DNA from: Azolla caroliniana
Taxonomy: Eukaryota; Plantae; Polypodiophyta
Direction: 5' to 3'
DNA: 64,000 nt
NCBI GenBank assembly: GCA_043228905.1
Contig: JBHGNT010000021.1
Location: forward strand, 8,556,001-8,620,000
Shown piece after piece: positions 25,525 to 35,577 of the stretch; position 1 is the stretch's first letter; every line of letters starts with the position of its first letter. The notes under the pieces were generated by a model. It saw nothing but the letters and a program-made list of their open reading frames with translations. It had not been told where the DNA came from and did not search any database. Made by a program: the position numbers and the translations under genes.

Positions 25525-27441
25525 TCATGCCCGTAACATACTCCCCCTCTTTAAAACATTGCACTCTTGCAATGGAAAGTTAGGGAAGTTAGTTCTTAGT
25601 GTCGTTTCGCGTTCCCATGTGGCATCTTTGATTGATTTATCCATCCATTTTATTTTAAATTCTCGGATTTCCTTAGCACGTAATTTTTTTGTTTTAACAT
25701 CGAGAATTCTTTCTGGTACATGTGGTTTAGAAGATAAATCTTCAGAAGTAACCAGAGTTTCAGTTGTAATTGTATTGTCGCCAGAACCTAGAAGTTCTTT
25801 TAGACGACTTACATGAAAGACTGGATGGATTCCAACACCATCGGGAAGAGCGAGACGATAGGCTGATGATCCAATGCGTTTGAGGACTGTAAAAGGTCCA
25901 CAAAACCGTGGGGCTAACTTAGCGCACTTACCCGTAGACAATGTCTTAGAATTGTGAGGTACACGTAAAAATACCTTCTGTCCAGGGCTGAATACACGAG
26001 GTTGCCTGTGATGATCGGCATAAAAACGCGCTCTATCTTGAGCTGTTTTTATATTATCCCGTGCAATATGCAACATATCTTGCATATCCCGAAGAAAGTT
26101 TTGCGTACTTCGCAACTCATCATGATGTATATTAACATCAATCGGGGCTCGTGGCTGAAATCCATACATCAACATAAAAGGACTATATCCCGTCGACGTA
26201 TGCTTGGAGCTGTTATAAGCAAACTCCAAAATTGGGAGGTAACGTTCCCATTTTGTTGGTTTTGCACCAACGTATGCTCGAAGCATGTCCTCAATAATTT
26301 GATTTACTCGTTCTGTCTGTCCATTGGATTGAGGATGATCCGTGGAGCTCATGCTCAACGTGGTTTCTAACTTCTTAAAGACTTGCGTCCAGAAGTCACT
26401 AGTAAACTTCGGATCTCGGTCACTCACGATATCCATCGGTAACCCGTAAAAACGAAATAACTCATCAACGAATTGGTAAGCCAATTCAGGAGCTGTTACC
26501 GTGGTTTTAGTAGCAATAAATGTGGCCATTTTAGTTAGTCTGTCAACCACAACCCATATGGCATCATGACCTTTTTGGGTGCGAGGAAGGCTAACAATAA
26601 AATCCATGGATATACTTTCCCACTTATTATTGGGAATGTCCAAGGGATGTAAAAGTCTTGCGGCTTTAAGTCGCTCGGCTTTGTTAACCTGACATTGGTG
26701 ACATTTAGTCACATAGCTATGTATGTCAGGACGCATCTTAGGCCAATAAAATTGAGTGGAGATGAGAACGAGTGTACGATGTATTCCAGGGTGCCCTGCT
26801 GAGGGTGCATCATGGCATTCAAAAAGAATTCTCTTTTTGACCTCAGGTAAATCTGGAACACAAACCTTCCCATTACGGTAGAGCAGACCGTTAGCAATGT
26901 GGAAGTATTCCTTCGAGGGTGTGGTGGTGTCTGTTCCAGACTCGACTCTTGCCCAGTATTTTGCAAAATAATTGTCATCAGGATACTTTCCTCGAAGGTG
27001 ATCATAAAGATCTGATGTTATTTCAGTGAAGCTAAGCATGTTAACTTCACGGATGCGACTTAGTGCATCAGCGACAGTATTCATGGAACCTTTACGATAT
27101 CGTATGGAAAAATCAAAGTCCTGGATGAGATCAGCCCATCGTGCCTTACGACCTTTCAGGTCTTGTTGGTCACAAAAATATTTCAAGGACTCGTGGTCCG
27201 TAGTTACCACAAAGCGATTTCCATAAAGATAATGGCGCCATGTTTTGAGCGCATGTATAACCGCAAATAATTCCTTTTCTTGAACGGTATAGCGACATTG
27301 AGCAGAATCAAGTTTCTTACTCTCGAATGCTATTGGTTTACCATCTTGATACAAGACAGCACCTATAGCATAATTGCTTGCGTCGGTTTCAACCTCAAAA
27401 GGTTTGAAGGATCGGGTAAAAGAAGTGAAGGAGCCTTGCAT
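25525..27441 (-). CDS. Partial chromovirus Pol: RNase H, integrase, chromodomain
   Basis: VETDASNYAIGAVL, HHCC zinc finger, WESISMDF, IVSDRD, GQTER, FCGPF, chromodomain PERIL...IKW...ATWE. Confidence 0.9.
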   Translation of the reverse strand: MQGSFTSFTRSFKPFEVETDASNYAIGAVLYQDGKPIAFESKKLDSAQCRYTVQEKELFAVIHALKTWRHYLYGNRFVVTTDHESLKYFCDQQDLKGRKARWADLIQDFDFSIRYRKGSMNTVADALSRIREVNMLSFTEITSDLYDHLRGKYPDDNYFAKYWARVESGTDTTTPSKEYFHIANGLLYRNGKVCVPDLPEVKKRILFECHDAPSAGHPGIHRTLVLISTQFYWPKMRPDIHSYVTKCHQCQVNKAERLKAARLLHPLDIPNNKWESISMDFIVSLPRTQKGHDAIWVVVDRLTKMATFIATKTTVTAPELAYQFVDELFRFYGLPMDIVSDRDPKFTSDFWTQVFKKLETTLSMSSTDHPQSNGQTERVNQIIEDMLRAYVGAKPTKWERYLPILEFAYNSSKHTSTGYSPFMLMYGFQPRAPIDVNIHHDELRSTQNFLRDMQDMLHIARDNIKTAQDRARFYADHHRQPRVFSPGQKVFLRVPHNSKTLSTGKCAKLAPRFCGPFTVLKRIGSSAYRLALPDGVGIHPVFHVSRLKELLGSGDNTITTETLVTSEDLSSKPHVPERILDVKTKKLRAKEIREFKIKWMDKSIKDATWERETTLRTNFPNFPLQECNVLKRGSMLRA

Positions 27442-27741
27442 ACCAAGTCCTTGAGTCCTTAAAGGCGAGGTCTAGTGTAGCATTCCACACAATAGGTTTT
27501 GTAGACTTACGCGTTTGACCTTTTAGAAGATCAGTAAACGGCGTCGTCAATTGTGAGTAATTACGAAGAGATTTTCGCAAAAATCCGACAAAACCAAGGA
27601 ATGATCGAACTTCTCGAATATTCCGAAGAGTGGGCCAAAGCTTGATTTTCTCGATGCGAGAAGGATCAATTTCAACTCCTCGTTCGGTTATGAGATGTCC
27701 AAGATAAGTAATTGATTTCTTGAAGAACTCACATTTTGAGA

Positions 27742-27841
27742 NNNNNNNNNNNNNNNNNNNNNNNNNNNNNNNNNNNNNNNNNNNNNNNNNNNNNNNNNNN
27801 NNNNNNNNNNNNNNNNNNNNNNNNNNNNNNNNNNNNNNNNN
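27742..27841. other. 100-N scaffold gap
   Basis: Run of N. Confidence 1.
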
Positions 27842-27884
27842 AACACGAAACATCCGAAAATAAGGTTAAGCGTAATTCGCAATT

Positions 27885-28070
27885 GAGGTATTGACCTCTT
27901 ACGCATAGTAAATCCAACGCATATCATTTCGAACGAAGCGAGGTATTGACCTCGTACGCGAACGTAACATATGTTCGTGAACGTAATACGCAATTGAGGT
28001 AATAACCTCGTACGCATACGACACTCATCACATATGATTTATATGTCAAACGAGGTATTGACCTCGTGGA
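27885..28070. repeat. Four palindromic GAGGT-N4-ACCTC repeats at 55-56-bp periodicity in the chromovirus leader
   Basis: Starts at 27885, 27940, 27996 and 28052, separated by divergent spacers. Confidence 0.8.
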
Positions 28071-28852
28071 CATATGTAAACGTTTAAGATAACCAATTAA
28101 ATACCACGTCAACATCATTGAATATATGAAAAAAAAAACTACATATTAAGTATACACATGTATAGAAGGGAGAAGAAAAATTAGATAAAAAATTAAGGAA
28201 AATTTACCGAAGTTCTTTCGCTAATCCTTGTCTGCATGAAGGCGACCGCACAACGATCAATCGCCATCCCACGCGAAGACAAAAAGAAAATCAAAAGAAA
28301 CGTTAGTACATAGGCTCCGATACCAAATATTAGAGATTAGGTACTAAAGTAAGCATAAAATAAGGATATATCAATGATAGATCTAGAAAGAATAGAGAGA
28401 AAAGAGAGAAAGAAGGGTGCCGATCCACCCGACCACCCCCGAGCGAAGGGATCGAGACGGACTCGAGCCTCGATCAGCGTCCCATACCACCGCCTTGGCG
28501 TCGAGTCGTACCTGGACGATAGCGCGCTTGCTACAAGAGTCGTTCCACTCACGGACAGAGTCTCGACGTAGTCAATGCATGCCCAAATGAGGGTAGCTAG
28601 GCCTCTTATTTATAGTAATTCTCAAGGCCCCCAGCCATGTTCACACTTGGCCTCATGGGTTGTCTCAATCCCGAGGATTAAAAGTAATCCTCCCCTTCTT
28701 TAGACTCTTTGTTTAACCCTCACACTTATCCACGTGTATAGAATACTACGACAATTCTCATTCAATGTCGGTATACCGTTCAAGAAAAGGAATTATTTGC
28801 GGTTATACATGCGCTCAAAACATGGCGCCATTATCTTTATGGAAATCGCTTT

Positions 28853-30538
28853 GTGGTAACTACGGACCACGAGTCCTTGAAATATTTTTGTGACCAACAA
28901 GACCTGAAAGGTCGTAAGGCACGATGGGCTGATCTCATCCAGGACTTTGATTTTTCCATACGATATCGTAAAGGTTCCATGAATACTGTCGCTGATGCAC
29001 TAAGTCGCATCCGTGAAGTTAACATGCTTAGCTTCACTGAAATAACATCAGATCTTTATGATCACCTTCGAGGAAAGTATCCTGATGACAATTATTTTGC
29101 AAAATACTGGGCAAGAGTCGAGTCTGGAACAGACACCACCACACCCTCGAAAGAATACTTCCACATTGCTAACGGTCTGCTCTACCGTAATGGGAAGGTT
29201 TGTGTTCCAGATTTACCTGAGGTCAAAAAGAGAATTCTTTTTGAATGCCATGATGCACCCTCAGCAGGGCACCCTGGAATACATCGTACACTCGTTCTCA
29301 TCTCCACTCAATTTTATTGGCCTAAGATGCGTCCTGACATACATAGCTATGTGACTAAATGTCACCAATGTCAGGTTAACAAAGCCGAGCGACTTAAAGC
29401 CGCAAGACTTTTACATCCCTTGGACATTCCCAATAATAAGTGGGAAAGTATATCCATGGATTTTATTGTTAGCCTTCCTCGCACCCAAAAAGGTCATGAT
29501 GCCATATGGGTTGTGGTTGACAGACTAACTAAAATGGCCACATTTATTGCTACTAAAACCACGGTAACAGCTCCTGAATTGGCTTACCAATTCGTTGATG
29601 AGTTATTTCGTTTTTACGGGTTACCGATGGATATCGTGAGTGACCGAGATCCGAAGTTTACTAGTGACTTCTGGACGCAAGTCTTTAAGAAGTTAGAAAC
29701 CACGTTGAGCATGAGCTCCACGGATCATCCTCAATCCGATGGACAGACAGAACGAGTAAATCAAATTATTGAGGACATGCTTCGAGCATACGTTGGTGCA
29801 AAACCAACAAAATGGGAACGTTACCTCCCAATTTTGGAGTTTGCTTATAACAGCTCCAAGCATACGTCGACGGGATATAGTCCTTTTATGTTGATGTATG
29901 GATTTCAGCCACGAGCCCCGATTGATGTTAATATACATCATGATGAGTTGCGAAGTACGCAAAACTTTCTTCGGGATATGCAAGATATGTTGCATATTGC
30001 ATGGGATAATATAAAAACAGCTCAAGATAGAGCGCGTTTTTATGCCGATCATCACAGGCAACCTCGTGTATTCAGCCCTGGACAGAAGGTATTTTTACGT
30101 GTACCTCACAATTCTAAGACATTGTCTACGGGTAAGTGCGCTAAGTTAGCCCCACGGTTTTGTGGACCTTTTACAGTCCTCAAACGCATTGGATCATCAG
30201 CCTATCGTCTCGCTCTTCCCGATGGTGTTGGAATCCATCCAGTCTTTCATGTAAGTCGTCTAAAAGAACTTCTAGGTTCTGGCGACAATACAGTTACAAC
30301 TGAAACTCTGGTTACTTCTGAAGAAGTATCGTCTAAACCACATGTACCAGAAAGAATTCTCGATGTTAAAACAAAAAAATTACGTGCTAAGGAAATCCGA
30401 GAATTTAAAATAAAATGGATGGATAAATCAATCAAAGATGCCACATGGGAACGCGAAACGACACTAAGAACTAACTTCCCTAACTTTCCATTGCAAGAGT
30501 GCAATGTTTTAAAGAGGGGGAGTATGTTACGGGCATGA
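28853..30538 (+). CDS. Partial chromovirus Pol: RNase H end, integrase, chromodomain
   Basis: Uninterrupted 561-aa ORF that differs from the inverted copy at only a few residues. Confidence 0.9.
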   Translation: MVTTDHESLKYFCDQQDLKGRKARWADLIQDFDFSIRYRKGSMNTVADALSRIREVNMLSFTEITSDLYDHLRGKYPDDNYFAKYWARVESGTDTTTPSKEYFHIANGLLYRNGKVCVPDLPEVKKRILFECHDAPSAGHPGIHRTLVLISTQFYWPKMRPDIHSYVTKCHQCQVNKAERLKAARLLHPLDIPNNKWESISMDFIVSLPRTQKGHDAIWVVVDRLTKMATFIATKTTVTAPELAYQFVDELFRFYGLPMDIVSDRDPKFTSDFWTQVFKKLETTLSMSSTDHPQSDGQTERVNQIIEDMLRAYVGAKPTKWERYLPILEFAYNSSKHTSTGYSPFMLMYGFQPRAPIDVNIHHDELRSTQNFLRDMQDMLHIAWDNIKTAQDRARFYADHHRQPRVFSPGQKVFLRVPHNSKTLSTGKCAKLAPRFCGPFTVLKRIGSSAYRLALPDGVGIHPVFHVSRLKELLGSGDNTVTTETLVTSEEVSSKPHVPERILDVKTKKLRAKEIREFKIKWMDKSIKDATWERETTLRTNFPNFPLQECNVLKRGSMLRA

Positions 30539-33500
30539 CCATATAATATCCCGTGGTGAGAATAGTCGTAGTATTCTATACACGTGGATAAGTGTGAGGG
30601 TTAAACAAAGAGTCTAAAGAAGGGGAGGATTACTTTTAATCCTCGGGATTGAGACAACCCATGAGGCCAAGTGTGAACATGGCTGGGGGCCTTGAGAATT
30701 ACTATAAATAAGAGGCCTAGCTACCCTCATTTGGGCATGCATTGACTACGTCGAGACTCTGTCCGTGAGTGGAACGACTCTTGTAGCAAGCGCGCTATCA
30801 TCCAGGTACGACTCGACGCCAATGCGATGGTATGGGACGCTGATCGAGGCTCGAGTCCGTCTCGATCCCTTCGCTCGGGGGTTGTCGGGTGGATCGGCAC
30901 CCTTCTTTCTCTCTTTTCTCTCTATTCTTTCTAGATCTATAATTGATATATCCTTATTTTATGCTTACTTTAGTACCTAATCTCTAATAGTAATCATCTT
31001 GAAGCTCAAATACGAGGTCCATTCTTTTCTCTTGATGGACCGTCTTCAAAAATAGGAGGAATCCTGCTCCGAGAGTTGAGAGAAACGATGCTCGAACTCT
31101 CGGAATGCGTCCATCACGCTCCGATGGGGCTTCCCCGACGCCACCCACCGATCGAACTCTTGCTGACTTCCCCCCTCCGGTTTCTCGTACCCGTATGCAT
31201 CCAATATAGCTCCCTCGAAGGACTCCCATGACTCATGAGCTTCTCGAAGCTCCTTGACCTCTTCGCGCGTCGATATGGCTGCCACTCGACCAAAAAAATC
31301 TAGTCGCATCGCTTCGTCCACGCCCCTCTCCGTCATTTCAGCATTGTAAGCTCCCAAAAATTTTGGAGCATCATCCCCGTTAAACCGGCCCACTCGACTG
31401 ACCACCCTTTCAACGGCTTGTTGAGCCGCATCTCGCTTCGCCTTCTTCAGTTCGGCATCCATCACGATCTTTGCCATTATCTCCGCAAAGTCAAAGTCTT
31501 TGTCTTCCATCTTCGTCCTCCCTTGCCGCCTCTTCACGTCAGGTTCACCAAATATGTCGCGATATTCCGCAAGCGCATGTAGGATCCAAGGCGGGACCAC
31601 GGGGTTCTTGGACTAGGGAGTATAAGAGAAAGAGTAAGACAAGAAATGGAAGCTTAGCTCAAGAGGAGAAGGAATAAAACATTAACATTGAACGAGAAAA
31701 TGATGGAGGCAAGATACACAAATGGTTTGTATTAAGAAGAACACCACACGCATTACAACTATGGCCGCATAGGCCGCACCCAATGACTACAAGAAAACCC
31801 TAACCGGATAAGCAAATGGAGAAGTATAGTAAAACCCTAAAGGAAACCCAAGAAGAAAACCCTAGAAGAAACCCTAACCGAAACCCTAAAACCGAATAGG
31901 AACCCTCGACCTAAGTGGTATACCTCTCTCCCTCAAAATAGGCAACTCCTTCACAAGTGACCCCTCACTTCCTTTTATAGCCCAAGGAGGTTGGGACCTT
32001 ACAATGTGGGATAAATGTCCCCTCTTTATTCTATACACCATTTACATTGTAGGTGTGCACATGTTGCACACCGTCGACTTGCCCATTCCATCCCGGTTCA
32101 CACCGTAGCCAGAAATCTTCATGACATCCACCCCCACCAAACCACACATCCACTGGTATGTGCCAAGAGGGAAAAGGTGAGAGATTTTGGCGACGGTGAT
32201 CAACCGGGTCCTCCGCCGTCCCGGCACCCGACCGCCTTGTCGGCTACTTCCGGCCCCGATCCGGTGGCTCCATCCGATCTGCCATATCCGACGTTTGCGC
32301 CTTCCTCCCCGATCGGTCCTCCCAGATGCGATTGTCGAACCGGCCACTCCGACTTTGTCCGCCATGTATGCCCTTCGATTGGACCTCCGGTCACTTCGGT
32401 TGTACGCCAGATTCCGTGCCTTGCGTGCTGCGTATGTCCCTCCGTCGGTCAATCGTCTCTGCGTCCTAGACACCTCTGCGTGCCAACTCTCTCCGCTCCG
32501 CGCTTGCCTTCCGTAGGCTCTTCTCGTGTGCCATTATCATTCCCCAAATGTGCGCTCGTTCTTCGGTCCTTAGGCATCCCCATTACACACTCCTTGCTTC
32601 CCCCTTGCTTGTCATGCTCTCTCGTCGAAGAGCGTACCATCATACCGACCTCCGCGTCAGTGTACCCCGTTTCGGCATCCTTTGCGGCTCTCATTACCAC
32701 TTCGTCTCGACTCGCACCCGCTTGGCTTTGCATACCCTCCAAAAAGCCGTGCTTTTTCTTCCCGGTGTGTACCCCTTTGTTCTCTGCGCACCATCCTTCT
32801 CTCCCACCGTTCATCCTCCGATCACGGCACCTTACCGCTCCATCTCTTGCCGCGTGCTTGCCTCTCAAAGGCTTAACTGGTCCGTCGTTGCCAGTCACTC
32901 GTTGCCGCTCTTCAGGGTGCATGCTTGCTTCTTGGCCCTTCGTCGGCCGTAGTGCATGCTCCGTTTTACGCCCTTTACTCGCCGTAGACCCGGCCTCCAT
33001 GCCGGCCTCTTCTCCCTTTGTTGCCATAGCCCGTTCTGACTCGGGCTTGCCATCTTGGCCCCGCTCGTCCATTATTTCATACCGGATACCCGCTCCGATC
33101 ACCTTGTCCGCTCCGGTAACCAACTCCTCGCTGCCACCTGCCATCTCTCCAGTCTTATGTTGATCCGCAACTCCCAAAGTCTCTAGAGTAGGTGTGGAGG
33201 GTCCCGCTCGTTTCCAGTCTTTCACGGAACCGTAGTCGTCATGCTTGCTCGGCCTCCTTCTCGCGCTCACCAGCTCCCACCATGTGTTGCAACTCGTCCT
33301 CCCCGATCTCCAATCATGCCGGCTTGGTCCTTACCCGGTTCGGTCCCGACCAATCATGTTCCGGTTTGGTTGGCTTCCTTCCATAACCATAACCGACCGA
33401 TAAGGGATCGGCCGAAAACTTCCGATCTTGCCAGCTCTTCTTCGGTTCAAGCCCGGTTGACCGGCCCCCGCATCATTCTTTTCCCGGTTCGCCTTCCAAT

Positions 33501-35577
33501 CGGGTCGGTTCCCGACCCTCTCCTTGTTGCCACTCTCGGCCTCCCCTTCGGTCCTTTTGTATATGCTCGTTCCGGGCCTCGCATCCTCCTCTTCGTTTCG
33601 GCCACCCGCCTTGCGGCCGCCACTATCCGTCACTCTAGGTCTCACACCAGCTCTCGGGCCGGATGCCGGAATCTCTAGAACTGGTGTGGGTAAGATCCCG
33701 GCACCGCCACTCATTATGTCTGTAGCCACCTCCATCCGGAAGTCGTTGTTCGTGGCTCGTCTCCAATCGCGGAAGCCTCGATTATGCTTGCCGCCTCCTC
33801 TTTCTCGATCTCCTTGCCGTCGTCTTGGTTGCTCGTCTTGCAGCCACCACCGTTCGTCACTCTAGCTCTCACACTGGCTCTCGGGCTGGATGCCAGAGTC
33901 TCTAGAACCGGTGTGGGTACTGCCCCAGCACCACCGCTCGTCTTCTCCCCGCTTGATGTTTCGGGCCACCGTCTCCCGAATCCTCCGCCCACTCTCGAAG
34001 TGGCGCTACCCGCTTTGTAGTCACCGGCCTCATCCATGGTCGTCCCTTTTCCGGAAAATGAGAGAGTCGCTTGCTCTGCACCCTCTCCCACGTCATCGTC
34101 GTTGCACGCTCTTCCGGCCTCCGCATAGGTCCCATTGTCCACGCATAGGGAGGCTTCTTCCTCCGCATCCTCCGATCGTCTTCGGCCTAACTCCATAATA
34201 AGCCCTTCTTCGGCTTCGAACTTCGCCTTCACGCTCTCGCACGCCTCCCATACCAATGCCTCTTGGTCGTACTCCTCCATATCATTACGCGTCGAGCCCT
34301 CTTCCGGCGGTAGTGCGTAGTCACTCACCGCTCTCTCTTCTCCATCGTTCGCGGGCCGTGTTGAGGCCGATCGGATCTCATCGTGTCACTCGCATACCCA
34401 TTCCACTTCAGACCACTCCTCAGTGAGACTGTGTGCTCCGTAATCATCTTGAAGCTCAAATACGAGGTCCATTCTTTTCTCTTGATGGACCGTCTTCAAA
34501 AATAGGAGGAATCTTGCTCCGAGAGTTGAGAGAAACGATGCTCGAACTCTCGGAATGCGTCCATCACGCTCCGATGGGGCTTCGCCGATGCCACCCACCG
34601 ATCGAACTCTTGCTGACTTCCCCCCTCCGGTTTCTCATACCCGTATGCATCCAATATAGCTCCCTCGAAGGACTCCCATGACTCATGAGCTTCTCGAAGC
34701 TCCTTGACCTCTTCGCGCGTCGATATGGCTGCCACTCGACCAAAAAAATCTAGTCGCATCGCTTCGTCCACGCCCCTCTCCGTCATTTCAGCATTGTAAG
34801 CTCCCAAAAATTTTGGAGCATCATCCCCGTTAAACCGGCCCACTCGACTGACCACCCTTTCAACGGCTTGTTGAGCCGCATCTCGCTTCGCCTTCTTCAG
34901 TTCGACATCCATCACGATCTTTGCCATTATCTCCGCAAAGTCAAAGTCTTTGTCTTCCATCTTCGTCCTCCCTTGCCGCCTCTTCACATCAGGTTCACCA
35001 AATATGTCGCGATATTCCGCAAGCGCATGTAGGATCCAAGGCGGGACCACGGGGTTCTTGGACTAGGGAGTATAAGAGAAAGAGTAAGACAAGAAATGGA
35101 AGCTTAGCTCAAGAGGAGAAGGAATAAAACATTAACATTGAACGAGAAAATGATGGAGGCAAGATACACAAATGGTTTGTATTAAGAAGAACACCACACG
35201 CATTACAACTATGGCCGCATAGGCCGCACCCAATGACTACAAGAAAACCCTAACCGGATAAGCAAATGGAGAAGTATAGTAAAACCCTAAAGGAAACCCA
35301 AGAAGAAAACCCTAGAAGAAACCCTAACCGAAACCCTAAAACCGAATAGGAACCCTCGACCTAAGTGGTATACCTCTCTCCCTCAAAATAGGCAACTCCT
35401 TCACAAGTGACCCCTTGCTTCCTTTTATAGCCCAAGGAGGCAGGGACCTTACAATGTGGGATAAATGTCCCCTCTTTATTCTATACACCATTTACATTGT
35501 AGGTGTGCACATGTTGCACACCATCGACTTGCCCATTCCATCCCGGTTTCACACCGTAACCAGAAATCTTCGCAACA

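Larger units (their letters stand above)
25169..28760 (-). mobile_element. Inverted second copy of the same chromovirus; both LTRs clipped; contains the assembly gap
   Basis: LTR pieces 25169-25538 and 28328-28760 are reverse complements of the outer LTRs. PBS TGGTATCGGAGCC on the minus strand at ~28313-28325. Confidence 0.85.
24695..30989 (+). mobile_element. Young Ty3/gypsy chromovirus, iMet-primed, with TG...TA LTR ends
   Basis: 465-bp LTRs at 24695-25159 and 30525-30989; TSD GTAAT at 24690-24694 and 30990-30994; PBS TGGTATCA; PPT AAAGAGGGGGAG. Confidence 0.92.
24604..35577 (-). mobile_element. Tandem, pol-less (gag-only) LTR element related to the Trp-primed family
   Basis: LTRs 35005-35577 and 31555-32126. 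The middle LTR has both a PPT and a Trp PBS. gag ORFs 34496..35050 and 31046..31600 are near-identical. The second unit continues at 24604-24694 beyond the chromovirus insertion. Confidence 0.85.

Noticed and set aside
27885-28070. True CRISPR locus
   Set aside because: Only four short cores, partly related spacers and no cas genes. Kept only as a leader-repeat finding.
32015-33163. 382-aa plus-strand ORF
   Set aside because: Antisense shadow of the GC-rich internal region of the gag-only element, starting inside its LTR.
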